Assembly: GCF_004010195.1 (NCBI RefSeq)
Contig: NC_057718.1
Location: 63,719,905-63,783,904 of the forward strand
Origin: Chiloscyllium plagiosum
Taxonomy: Eukaryota
Reading direction: 5' to 3'
Length of the DNA stretch: 64,000 nucleotides
The translations under genes were made by a program, and so were the position numbers. Under the pieces are notes generated by a model. The model did no database searches. It saw only the letters and a list, made by a program, of their open reading frames with translations, and was not told where the DNA came from. Shown here in pieces: positions 46,905-60,060 of the stretch. The first letter of the stretch is position 1. Every line of letters starts with the position of its first letter.

Positions 46905-49040
46905 CAAAGTTCATTGAGTCATGTAGCATAGAAACAAACCCTTCAGCCCACCATGTCTATGCTAACCAACAAACACCAAACTAGGCTAATCCCATTTACC
47001 TGCACTTGATCAATAGCCTGCTATGTCCTGGCAGTTTAAGTACTCATCCTGCTGCTTCTTAAATGGTGCAAGTGGACCTCCACAACCCTCTCAGTCAACA
47101 TGTTCCATATTTCTACCATGCTCTGGGTGAAAAGAAAAATCTCGGATCTTCTCTAAACCATTTGCTCCTCACCTTAAAATTATGTCCTCTGATCTTTGAT
47201 ATGTCTGTCATGGGGAAGAGATTCTCACAATCTACTCTGTCTACACTTCTCATAATTTTGTGTACTTCCATCAGATCCCCCTCAGCCTCCTCTGTCCACA
47301 GAAATCAAACCAACCACTCCAGACTCTCCTGAATACAAAGACATTTCATTCCAGGCAACATCCTGGTGTGTCTCCTATGCCCCCTCTCCAGTGCAATCAT
47401 ATTCTTCCTATGTGTGGCTACTAGAACTGCACACGGTATTTCATCTTTGGTCTAAACAATTTTTTATAAAGTTGTAACAAGACTTCTGTGCTCCTATATT
47501 CTCCAACCTGGCTAATGAAGGCAAGCATCCTGTATGCTACATCACCTCCCCTGTCTACCGGTGCTGATATCTTCAGGGATCTAAGGACTTGTACATCAAG
47601 ATCCCTTTGTTTAAAAGGACCTACCATTCATTCCCTTATTATACCTCCCAAAGTGCATTGCCTTGCACCATATTGGGATTAAATTCCATCTGCCATTGTT
47701 TTGCCCCAATTGACCACCTGTTCAATACTAGACTAACCTGAGGCCATCCTCCTCACTAGTAACAACACCACCAATTTTCATCATTTGCAAGCTTACTAAT
47801 TAAACCTTCTACATCCACATCCAAGTCACTAATGTACAAAACAAACAACAAGGGCCCCTGCACTAATCCCTGTCGTACACTGCTTGTCACAGGCTTTCAG
47901 TTACAAAAACAACTCCCTACATCACTCTTTGCCTCCTATTTGTAAACCAACTTTGGATAGACTTTGCCAACTTACTTGGAATCCTATGGGCTCCAGCCTT
48001 TCAATGTGGGACCTTGGTGATGAAGGCACACTGGAGTCCGTGTATACCATATCAACTGCATCAATTCATCAATATATTTAGTCCCCTTTTCAAAAAAAAC
48101 AAACTACGTTAAGCAGATAGAATCTCCCTCTAGTAAATCCTTGACTATCCCTGATCAATCTCTCCCTCTACAAGATTGATTTATTCTGTCCATCAGAATT
48201 TTTTCCAATAATTTCCCCATTTGAACATGAGATTAACTCATTTGTAATTAGTTGGCTTATCCCTACTGTCTTTCTTGAACAAAGAAACCACATTAGCTAT
48301 CCTCCAGTAATCTAGCATTTCACCTGTGGCCAGGAAAGTATTAAATATCTCCGCCAGAGCTCCAGCTATCTTCTCCATTGCCTCCCGCAGCAATCTGGGA
48401 TACTTCTTATCAGGCCCTGTGGATTTATTCACCTTTATACCCAGTAAAACATGTAATAGCTCCTTCTTATTAATCTAGAGCCTCACCATCCCAACTGATA
48501 TCCCTGGCTACAATGTCTTTTGCCTCTGTGAGTACAGATATGAAATATTAATTTAAGACCTGTTCACATCCTCTGGCTTCATGCACACATTGCCCCTTTG
48601 GTCCCTAATAGGTCCCACTCTTTCACTCTTACTCTTAATATACTTACAAAAAGCCTTGGGGTTTTCCTCAATCCCACTTGCCAAATATATTTTGTGGCCC
48701 CTCTTTGTCCTCCTAATTTTTTTTTAAGCAACCTCCCACACACTTTACTTTTGAAAGGCGTCCATTGTTTTTAATGTGCTTTACCTAATATATGCTTCCA
48801 TTTTTTAAATCAGATTCATGATATTCCTTGGCATCCAGGGTCCCCTGGACCTGATGCCCGTGCCCTTCACTCATAGATGAACAGACTGGTCCTGAATTCT
48901 TACCATACTACTTTGAAAAGGCTTCCACTTTCCAAACGTCAAAGTACCTACAAGTAGCTGCTCTCGGTCCCTGTTTACCAGATCTTGTCTAATGGTATTG
49001 AAATTGGCCTTCCCCCAGTTTGGACACTTGTGTATTAGCA
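46905..49040 (-). mobile_element. CR1 LINE ORF2 relic, about 2.1 kb
   Basis: NKSTGPDKKYPRLLREA...WRIANVVSLFKK; NWGKANFNTIRQDL; YRVQF; tail near 46905. Confidence 0.85.
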
Positions 49041-50150
49041 TGTTCACATTACTCATGTATTTCAAAATACCTCACTGTTTCTGGAATAGACATGCTTTGC
49101 GAAACAATGCAGTTTAAAGGAAAGTCATTTATCTATGCCTTATGAATCTGGAATATGATATTTGGCCATGGTTTATGCTGACTGAAGAGTTTAGGTGAAC
49201 CTGTAACTGTGAGAATAAAATCTTTGGGAGAGATTGAGATGCATATGAGTGTACCTTCTTGGCTCCATGCTATCTGATTTCTGCATTGCCTACCTTAATG
49301 ATATTTTATTATTTGCACAGAATATAGAGATCAAATATAGAATTGTTATAAGTGTTTTGAGCAAACAACGGGTTGCTTTTGTAAGGCTATAATTATAAAA
49401 TGTTCTATCTGTATTTTCAAAGAAAAATATGAACTTAAAGAATCATATGGAATCACGTTGTATGATTTGACTGAGTACACACATTGGATTGTGTAATATG
49501 AGCTCTATAGGTGCCTATGTTTAAAGTAATGAAAGAAAATTGAACAGGAAAATTGTTCAAAAATGGTTATTCTATCCATGGATGAATGAAAAAGCAGATG
49601 GATAATTGTAAAAGTCTGTGACATCATACCACGTAAGTTTGAGACTGACTCCTTCAATCTCATTACAAGCAACACAATAAGGCTGCAAAACATTTGCAAG
49701 ATGTCACACATTCTTTGCCACTTTTATAGAAGTGTACTGCTGCTAATGAACCTCAAGAGTCTGACCGACATGTAGTGGAGCAAAGTGTGAAGCTTTATTT
49801 GGCCTTCAACACCAACTCTCTATTATTGTCCCAGTTTTCACATCTCTATTTGCAACACAAGTCATCAACTGGAAATCCAGCCATCTACTTAATCAGTCCC
49901 ATTGATCTTAGCATGGTCTGCATGAGTCCCATGACAATGCACCTTCAGAAGATGTAGTCTCCTCTGAGAACTGATTATCCACCTCCTGGATAATCCCGTG
50001 AGAAATTAAAGACATGGGTTTGATATGTCACAGTAAAAGTCATCCTTATGCATAGGATCACATTTCATTAATAGTTGACATCAAGTCAACATAAGTGAGT
50101 GCTGAATGCCATGTGACTATCTCCATCTCCAAAGGTTGGGCAGTTTGAAA

Positions 50151-50255
50151 TCCACTGATGTCCAGGACCTCTTCCTCTGCAGTTGTCACTTGGAAAATGC
50201 GTGGAGGGTCATCTTCAATTCTCTACCTCTTTCTCATCTTTTGTGCTCTCTTCAC
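50151..50255 (-). pseudogene. Decayed Harbinger-type Myb/SANT accessory-gene exon
   Basis: After a pyrimidine tract with mutated acceptor: VKRAQKMRKR*RIEDDPPRIFQVTTAEEEVLDISG, resembling EKRAxNxRERxRTGGGPP...LTxxEEE.LEI.G. Confidence 0.45.
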
Positions 50256-50509
50256 TTGCAAGAAGGGAAAGAGACCAATGAGAGATCGTAGTGACATATG
50301 TTGAATGGATGGATGGAGGACAAAAATTGAGTATGGCCATAATTGCATTATGGTAATTCTCAGTGCAGGATGGGCGGAGATGTGAGAGTGCATGGATAGA
50401 GAGGGTATTTTGACACTGAAGTTGGCATGAAGAGTAATGTGCTTAACTCAACTTGAGAAAGTTGGGCTGGGTAGTGTAGGAAGCTAATTTGATATGCACA
50501 TCAGAATGT

Positions 50510-50813
50510 AGGCGGCACAGTGCCATAGTGGTTAGCACTGCTGCCTCACAGCGCCAGAGACCCGGGTTCAATTCCCACCTCAGACTTTGCACATTCTCCC
50601 TGTGTCTGAGTTGGTTTCCTCCGGGTGCTCTGGTTTCCTCCCACAGTCCAAAAATGTGCAGGTCAGGTGAATTGGCCATGCTAAATTGCCCGCAGTGTTA
50701 GATGAAGGGGTAAATGTAGGGGAATGGGTCTGGGTGGGTTGCGCTTCGGCAGGTCAGTGTGGACTTGTTGGGCCGAAGGGCCTGTTTCTACACTGTAAGT
50801 AATCTAATCTAAT
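50510..50813 (+). mobile_element. HE1-type V-SINE
   Basis: Near-complete copy with (TAATC)n tail. Confidence 0.9.
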
Positions 50814-51167
50814 ATAGTTCAATATACCAATTACTTCTAATGTATTCCCACATTTCAATGTTCAGAGTTTTCCGCTAAATACTGGATTTAAAATAGCCTC
50901 AAATGACTTGTCATTAACATTCCTCACACAAATTGGCTGGAAAAGTAAACCCATAACTGATAGAGTTGGGTAGTGGCTGTTGAATAAAAATGGTAGTGAT
51001 GTTCCACTTAGCTCCAGGTTTCCTACGAACTATCATGCACTGTAAACTTAAAATCCAGCTCACAGTCTTCAATGCCATTTGTTTCCACTTTTTTAGTGAT
51101 TTTGAATGGCATATCTGAGGTTTACTTTCTTCTAGTCAGCAGTCAGGATGAGAGACATCCAAAGTTA

Positions 51168-52950
51168 CCAAATAAAAACTGAAAGGACTGCAGATGCTGC
51201 AAATCAGAAACAAAAACAGAAGTTGCTGGAAAAGCTCAGCAGGTCTGGCAGCATCTGTGAAGAGAAATCCGAGTTAACATTTCGGGGTGGAAACTGGAAG
51301 TAAGATCCATGAACATTTCTAACTCCAGACGATAGAGGGATGCATCACCGATGATACACTTGCTTCGGTATTTCAATGGTATCATCAGTGGTGTTTCCTT
51401 CTCTTGGAGAAAGTGAGGACTGCAGATGCTGGAGATCAGAGCTGAAAAATGTGTTGCTGGAAACGCGCAGCAGGTCAGGCAGCATCCAAGGCACAGGAGA
51501 ATCGATGTTTCTGGCATAAGCCCTTCTTCAGGAATGGTTCCTGAAGAAGAGCTTATGCCCGAAACATCGATTCTACTGCTCCTTGGATGCTGCCTGACCT
51601 TCTGCGCTTTTCCAGCAACACATTTTTCAGCTGTTTCCTTCTCTCGTCCAGAATTGGAAATGTTCATAGATGCTTTCTTCAAGTTTGCTTCCAATTTTTA
51701 CCCTGCCCTCATTTTCACCTGGTCTACCCTTTCCTTCCTCAACATCTCTGTTTCCATTTTTGGGGATAGACTGGCTACTAATATCCACTATAAACCCACT
51801 GACTCCCACAATTATCTGGACTATACATCCTTGCACTCTGTTTCCTATAAAGACTTTATCCCAGTTTCCTGGTTCCTCCATCTCCATTGCATATGTTCGG
51901 ATGAGGCCAACTTTGACAAGGGAGCCTCTGAAATGTCCACCTTCTTCCTCAACTGAGGATTCCACAGCACTGTTGTCAACAGGGCCCTCAGCTAGGTCCA
52001 TCCCATTTCCCACACTTCTGCACTCTCTTCCTCTCTTCCCTCCCATAACAGCAGTAGTGTTCCCTTTGCTACCAGCATCCACATCCAGAAGATAATCAGC
52101 AGCTAAATCTGCCACCTCCAGAAAGATGCCACCAATCCCTTGTTTGCCTTCCACAGAGACTCTTCCTTCTGGAACACCCAGCTCCACTCTTTCCTTCACT
52201 TCTAACAACATCCCCACAGTACCACAGCACTTTCCTCTCCAATTGCTGAAGGTATTACCCCTGTCCATTTACCTCCTCCTTCCTCAGTATCCCAGGGCCC
52301 ACACATATCTTACAAATGAAGCAGCACTTTACCTGCACTTCTTCTAATCTAGTCTACTGCATTCACTGCTCACAATGTGGTCTCCTCTACATTAGAGAAA
52401 TGAAGTGTAGACTGAATGACCCTGTCACAAAAAGACCCTGAGTTTCCAGTTGCGTGCCACTTTCACACACCACCCTGTTCCCTGGCAAACATCACTATAA
52501 CAGGCTTGTTACAATGCTCCAGCACAAATGCAAGAACAACACCTCATTTTCCACTTAGGGACCCTGCAATCCTCCAGACTCAATATTGAGTTCAATAATT
52601 TTACGGCCTGAACTCCCCCATGTCCTAGACCACAATAACGCAGTCTACCATTACACACTATCTATTGTTAGCCACTAACTGTCTCCATCAACAGCTATCC
52701 ACTCTCCTAGCCAGATCATTACCCACTCCTTTGTCTGTCCATTTGTTGTTCTCTCTCTTTGGGCTCTCTCACCACCTATCATTTACTCCTTACCTCTCCC
52801 ACACCCTATCTTCTGCATATGAACCTACATTTTCCTAGTTACCATCAGTCCTGAGGTAGGGTCACTGGACCTGAAATATTAACTCTGATTTCTCTTCACA
52901 GATGTTGCCAGACTTGCTGAGTTTTTCCAGCAAGTTTTGTTTTTGTTACA
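51168..52950 (+). mobile_element. Penelope-like retroelement (Neptune-type) with RT thumb + GIY-YIG relic and inverted 5' segment
   Basis: LATNIHYKPTDSHNYLDYTSLH...FIPVSWFLHLHCICSD (RT thumb); FTCTSSNLVYCIHCSQCGLLYIRE (GIY-YIG) at about 52328-52400; terminal repeat about 52845-52950 present inverted at about 51168-51290. Confidence 0.88.
51405..51631 (-). mobile_element. Fold-back Penelope-derived mini-element nested in the Penelope-like element
   Basis: 13-bp TSD TGTTTCCTTCTCT (51392-51404, 51632-51644); inverted arms of about 95 bp; CTGAAGA...GAAAC cores on both strands (51508-51531 -, 51541-51564 +). Confidence 0.88.
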
Positions 52951-53499
52951 GAGTTATCAAAGTTTACAGTGAAATTTTGCTGTTTAAGAAATGAACAGCA
53001 TCAAGAGTTAATTTTATATTGAGAGGGAGAATGATGTAGCATCTTTGTTTGTTCTTATAGTTTCAGCAGAATAGGGTTTAAAGAGCTATGGTGAAAATTC
53101 TAGTTCCCTGTTAACTATTATTGCTTGTTGCTTGAGATCAGCCTGATAGAATTTACATTGTTTCATCTTACAGAAGTAACAATATGATGAGCTAGATTTT
53201 TCCATGGGCTTTGAAAACCCAATGACAAGACAAAAGAGCTGTCAGAAGAATTTTACTGGCAATAGTACAATTCTTAAGCTTTTTGAAAGATGAATTAATC
53301 AAGGTATCCAACTCATGCTTATGAAGTTAAAAGACTATTTTTCATAAATACATCATTTGGTGATCAAGTACAAACACTTGTCACAATTGCAAGGTTTTAT
53401 AAGGTTGCACTGTTTTAGAAGTGTCTACTTTTAACATGTTGATTCTGCCTGATCATCTTCAACTTAGAATCCCTTTAGTCCATTCAGGCCATTCATGAT

Positions 53500-53745
53500 G
53501 GTCTAAAGGGCATCCAATCCACACCCAACCCCCTATCGTACCCCTATAACCCTATATTTCCCATAGCTAATTCACCTAACCTGCACATCTTTGGACTGAA
53601 GAAGGAAACCAGAGCACCCAGAGGAAACCCATGCAGACACAGAAAGAAAATGCAAACTCCACACAGACAGTCACCTAAGGGTGGATTGGAATCCAGATCC
53701 CTGGCATTGTGAGGCAGCAGTGCTAACCACTGAGCCACCATGCCA
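53500..53745 (-). mobile_element. HE1-type V-SINE
   Basis: Reverse-strand head and central domain. Confidence 0.85.
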
Positions 53746-54904
53746 CTCAAGCTTGGTTTAGCATAAGATGGAAAATTGAAGGGTTTCATATGAATCATTC
53801 TGAATTCTGTCTGGTAACAAACCTAAGTGCCTTAGTTGTCCAAGTTATTTCACTGGGAAGATGGTGCAATATATTTACGACTGGAAACAATGACCAATGA
53901 AGATATGTTTACAATGAATAAACTGTTCGTTCCCAATCTTTTTAAAGTTATAATGGCCCCATGTCTTAACTAAAATGTTGCTGGACCTCAGAATCTAGAA
54001 ATGTCATCCCCGAAACATCCACTATTTTTGCCAGCAGCAATGTAGAGAAAAAACCGGGCCATTTCATTTTTGAGAAGCTTGCAAAGGCAGAATCATATTT
54101 AAAAGTGCAGCTCCCTCCATCAGAAGCCACGTTCATCACCCAGATTTTTGAAACACAGCTTATCGGCTTATGTATTTGAAAGAAAGGTTTTAAATTTACT
54201 GCCGTGCTTTGGAACAGTAAGGTATTCCTTGGGCAGATGAAGTACTCTTTGGGAGATACCTGTTACTTCTTGGGATTGTTGACATGATTGTGCATAAAAG
54301 GTGGATAAGGCCTTTGGAATAGTTAAGCAATCAAGTCATTTAAAAACTTCTCCTTTAAAATGTGAAAAGTACCAGTAAATTAATATTTTGACTTACAGGT
54401 CAGAATCTTTGTGAAGGGGTTAGCAAAACAAACATGTGTTTTTCCAATGAATCAAGTACATGAAGGAAAATTTGTTTTTATAAGGGATTAAGTACCTGAA
54501 AAGATTTTAATGTGTTGAATCAGCTTTTATCAATGGAGTATTTGTTTAATATAGGGAATTCTGTAATAGATATTTACAAGTTTGTTTTATTTTATCTAAG
54601 CATAACTTCTGAGGTTTTCCAATTGTGAATACTGGGTGACATGGAAAGAATGGTATAAAGGCAAAAGTTGGTAAGTACGGGTACGGGTTAACATCATTGT
54701 GGCTATGTTGGCATGGATGCTATAAAGGACTATGAGGTAGAATGGGGTCAGTATTGGCATGAGCTAACATGAAGTTGCCATGGAAGATGTAAGGGGATTT
54801 GAGGCAACATAGGTTGACAAGAAGGAAATGAAGAGACATAGGAAGTAGATGGGACATTGACATGATAGATATAATAGACTATGAGATTGATGGGACTATG
54901 ATGA

Positions 54905-55228
54905 GATTAGATTACCTACAGTGTTGAAACAGGCCATTTTGCCCAACAAGTTCACACTGACCCTCCGAACAGTAACCCACCCAGACCCATTCCCCTACCT
55001 TATATTTACCCCTGACTAATGCACCTAACACTATGGGCAATTTAGCATGGCCAATTCACCTGACCTGCACATTTTTGGATTGTGGGAGGAAACCAGAGCA
55101 CCGGAGGAAACCCATGCAGACACGAGGAGAACGTGCAAACTCCACACAGACAGTTGCCCGAGGCTGGAATCAAACCCGGGTTCCTGGCACTGTGAGCCAG
55201 CAGTACTAACCACTGAGCCACCATGCTG
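54905..55228 (-). mobile_element. HE1-type V-SINE
   Basis: Near-complete reverse copy with (GATTA)n tail. Confidence 0.9.
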
Positions 55229-56239
55229 TCCACATGGGGGGCATGAAGTGGCATGCGTTAGTGGATCACAGGGAATATGTTGGGGGTGTGAGAAATAAGC
55301 ATTTGTGTGCTATTGTTAGTTTTACTAATTAGTTAGCACTATGGAAGTCTTTGGAATGAAACATATACCTTTCAGGACATCTCCTTAAATTCGTTTGTGG
55401 AGTTGGATCTTTTTTGACTCTGAAGTCAGAAGTTTAGCCTTCAGTCTCTGAGTCTCAGGGAAATGATAGGAATTGCACTTTTAACTATCTATTTAATTCT
55501 AAGTAAGATGGAACAGAATTGTGTGTCTCTACATGGGTGCATGGCCCAAGGATTTGTGTTGCATTCCCCATGAGATTTCAGAGCGAAATTATCCAACAGC
55601 AAGCCATTGCAGGATTGGCTTACAGATGTTTCCTACACATATCACTGAATCTCACATATTGAGCCAATTTCCAAGAATCTGAGGGAGAACAGAGAGATGT
55701 ACACAAGTGTGTTTATGATACACCAGAAGAATGTGAATGGAACCTCATGCACAGATCAAAGAGATTATGTTTATTAGGACTTGAAGGAGACTGGAAGATT
55801 CATTTAGCTTTCACTAGTAGGACAGATCTCTGAGGAAAACCCAGTTCCCAATGCCACTCCAATGACAGCTTTTAGAAGTTAGATGTTATCTTGCAGGAAA
55901 AGGGAATGAAAGGAACATGCTCCTAGGAGCTAGGAATTATTTTGAATTGATTTCAGGAAAATAGAGCTATTACTTAAGGAACAGAAAAAGTGGATGGTTT
56001 TCAATCATGTTAAATGATAGTTCAGGACATTTTGCATACTGAAATATTATTTAGTAATTGTTGCTTTTATTTTTTATGTTAGAATAAAAGGCTTGAACTG
56101 TGTAATCTTGTTTTCCAATGTTTTCAGGCATTCATCGGAAGTTCAACTTCCTTTTTAAAAGTTATCTGTCTTTATGGAGATTGAAACCGGTCTCTTTGAC
56201 ATCCCTTAGAAGACTGGCCACCTGATTGGAATGTTGAGA

Positions 56240-57760
56240 ATTAAAAAAAAAAATCACTTGTGGAACATGGGAGTCACAGCATTTGTTGCCCGATACTATT
56301 TGCCTCATATGAATATGTTGAGTGACTGATCTCCATGGTACGCAAAAAGAACATTAAAACTCATGATCCATCAAGCTAGATTTTGCCCTGGGATCTAATA
56401 GTGAAGGTGATGATGAGTTCCCAGATTGAACACTCAGTGGATGTGTTGTTGGTTGACCCACAATGCCCTTAGGGAGGGAATTTTAGGATTTTGGCCCAGT
56501 GACAATGAAGAAATGGTGACATATTTCCAAGTTAGGATGGTGAGTGGCTTGCAGACAAACTTGCAGGTCATGGTGTTCCTCTGTGTCTGCTCTCCATCTC
56601 CTTCTGCATGGAAGTCGTCAGGGGTTGATTAGCTCAGTTGGCTGGACAGCTGGTTTGTGGTGCAGAGTGATGCCAACAATGCAGTTTTAATTCCCACACT
56701 AGCTCAAGTTATCATGAAGGACTCTCCTGCTCAACCTCTCCCTCTCGCCTGAGGTGTGGTGACCCTCAGCTTAAACAACCACCAATTGGCTAATGAAAGG
56801 ATAGGGCAGCATGGTGACTCAGTGTTTAGCACTGCTGCCTCACAGTGCTAGGGACTCAGGTTCAATTCCAGCCTCGGGTGATTGTCTGGATAGAATTTGC
56901 ATGTTCTCCTCATGTCTATGTGGGTTTCTGCCAGGTTCTCCAGTTTTCTCCCACAGTACAAAGATGTGCAGGTTAGGTGGATTGGCCACAGGAAATACAG
57001 GGACAGGGGTGTGGGTCTGGCTGGGATGTTCTTTGAAGGGTCACTGAGGGTCAAGTGGCCTGCTTCCACACTGTAAGGATTCTGTGACTTCACCTTTTTT
57101 ACTAGATTTGGAAGATACTCTCTAAGGATCTTTGGTGGATTTGTGCAGTACACATTGCTAATACTGAGTGTCAGTGGTAGAGGTACTGGATGTTTGTGCC
57201 TATGGTACTAATCAAGTGAGCTGCTTTCTATTGGATGTGTCAAGCTTTTTGAGTGTGGCTGGAGGTGCACCCACACAGGCAAGAGTGGAATATTTCATCA
57301 CACTCCTGACTTGTGCCTTGGAGATGGTGGAGATGTTTTGTGGAATCAAGAGGTGAGTTAGTTGCCGCAGTAATCCTAGCCTTTGATTTGCTCTTATAGC
57401 CACAGTGTTTATATAGCTCAGTTCAATTTCAAGTCAATGGTAAACCCCAGGATGTTGATAGTGGGGAAATTCAGTGATGGTAAGGTTATTGAATTTCAAG
57501 AGGTGATAGTTAGATTGTCTCTTATTAGAGATAGTCATTGCCTAGCACTTAGGTGATGTGGAAGTTACTTGCCACTTGTCAGACCATGTCTGGATATTAT
57601 ACAGGTCTTACTACAGTTGAACTGCTTCTGAATATTGTTCAGTCATTGGTGAACATCCCTACTTCTGACCTTATAGTGAAGGGAAGGTCATTGATAAAGC
57701 AGCTGAAGATGGTTGGGTATGGGACAGTATCCTGAGGAACTCTTGTGGAGATGTTTTGGA
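56240..57760 (-). mobile_element. CR1-type LINE (third family) with nested SINEs (+, about 56622-56790 and HE1 about 56805-57085)
   Basis: RANQRLGLLRQLTHLL...KAQVRSVMKYSTLAC...APPATLKKLDT on the minus strand; SINE heads TAGCTCAGTTGG and GGTGACTCAGTG. Confidence 0.75.
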
Positions 57761-59599
57761 GAACAAACTGTTATGAATCTTCAAAATAATATCACTTGGT
57801 TTTTAAAGTGGAAGAAAATGAAACTTAGTTTTCAGTTCTGCGAAAAGCTGACTTAAAAATCGTTTCTTGATATTGAATTGAAATCAATGTTTACAAAAAG
57901 TCATGTGATTTCAGCTAAATGATCAGCAAGCCACCTGAGCAGCTAATTACTAAGCTGTTTGCTGACTTGAATTTTGAAACTCTTAAAGAAGAGAGAAAAA
58001 GAAGAAGGTGCGAAGGGGGGAAGCAGTGATGCTCGATGCAGGTTAGTGCAGACAGAGGAGGCCCATAACTACAGAGGTATACTTACTAACACCAAAGTTG
58101 ATCTTTCATGCTTTCAAGGCTGAAAGAATTACTGGGTTGATTAGGAGACAGTGAGGAGGAAGGTCTTGGAAATGTCAGAGGAAGACATCCTACAATGTTG
58201 TTGAAAATATGAGTTAGTACTTTGTGTTCGGGGTTCAGGGAAATACGTGAACTGAAGAAAATTAACCCCCTTCAGCTGAGCAAGAAATTTTAGGGTAGAG
58301 ATAGGGGTGATGCTGCACTGAGGTTCAAACGTCTGTCAAGTTATTGCTTGGTAAAAGGAATTAATCTTTCTTTCTAATGTTTGTAATGAGATTGTTCCAA
58401 ATATTCCTGTCTAGAGAAATTTAGTTTGTTTTTCTTGTTCTTTTAGGTAATAATCTTTTAAGTTCTTTTGCTAAAGATATATTGGCAATCTCTTGTGAAT
58501 ATATTCAGTGACTGACCTTCCTGTTACAAAAAAACAATAAAGACAGGTTGTATCCTGGGATCTAATTTGTCCTGTATTATGATCAGCTTGGAGCATAAGA
58601 AAACATCTTCCTTCCTTCGGGTATTTCCATAGTTAAGAGACAATAGTATTTTCATTTCAAAGTTAATTGATGAAAAGACCTTGATGCTGTCCCTTCATTA
58701 GCAAGTTGATTTACTGCATTCCTTCTTACTGGGAAGAGCGCTCTAACATGGCATTTAATATTTAACAAATCCATACTGGAAAAGATTTTTCTCTGCTGAT
58801 AGCGCTGAGTTGAAATATCTGTAGCTGACTACATTTTACATTATGGCCATGTATTTATTGGGGTTGGAGTGAGATTTGCCAAGACCCATCTCAACATTGG
58901 GAGCATCTCACTCCATCCTTTATGCTTTTTTATAAGCAATTGGCAAGATGACAGCACCGAGTTGTATATTGACAGTGTTAAAAGCTTGTAAAAATGTGGT
59001 AACAACTTGCCTTATTAATATTCAGTTTTGTACCTTACCAAACTCAGCAACTAATTTAGATGTCAAGAAAACTTGAAATGGAAACCAGAGCAGGCACTGG
59101 GTAACTTCAGTTCAACATTTGCCCCAAAAAGCCTCCATGTGGCACACTGGACACCACCATGGTCTATGGGCATCAGCCAAATACACCCATATTTACAAAC
59201 ATTGGCATCCAACATGTGCCAGTGTCTAAGAGCCCTCATGGTGCATCATCCGTTCACAGAACACTTCTGCACTTCAAAGCTGCACCAGCAACTATCATTG
59301 TAATATTTCAGCAAAGACAATGTGCAGCCAAAGACACACACTCAGCTCATGCACTGGACCTCTGACCTGTTCGATTGCTCTTAGTACACAGTCATTCTGA
59401 ACCTACCAGGATGTTCACAGCATTCCTGCCTTCCTTGCCTTGCCAATTAATCCAAACACAAAGCCAGGAAAGCTTGTCACGTTTGTCAGCAGGTCTCAGT
59501 CAAGTCAAGGGGGATAGCCTTCAATCAGGGCATTATGGCACAATAAGTTAAGGTCAATACCAATTCAGGGATCTGGACGCATTCAGTCAGTTACTCAGA

Positions 59600-60060
59600 G
59601 AGGTCAGGGTCAGGATGCTCTCCACAAAAGGAATGAGAAATTGAATGTCATGCAGCCCACCAAACATCTTTAGTATTTATGCCCTATTATATTTCTGTCC
59701 CTTACCTGCAGGACTGAGAGAAAAGCAAATATGAAGGAAGGTAAAAGTGAGTGGCACATCTGTTCCTTTTGGTTTAGGTTGGGACGTGTCCTGAGTGAGT
59801 GAATTATTAGAGCAGAAGGTATGCAGAGTTAGCAGTGTTAAGGAAGTGATGAAGTGTGAACCTTAGTTAGAAATGGGTGCAGTAACAGCGACAGAGTGAG
59901 TGTGAGGTATTAGAGAGAAGATTACTGCATCAACCCTGTCAAAGTGGAGAAGGTGATACAGTCCCCTGTATTCCTCCAGATGGCAAGAGTGCACTGACCT
60001 GGGTGACAACCGTCAACAATACTCAACTGCATTCTCAGCAAACATTACCATGGGGAACAA
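59600..60060 (-). pseudogene. Third decayed Harbinger-type Myb/SANT gene relic (two exon remnants)
   Basis: CTGCAG acceptor then KYNRA*ILKMFGGLHDIQFLIPFVESILTL (about 59605-59705); upstream VTQVSA...LLHFDR remnant (about 59935-60010). Confidence 0.4.
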
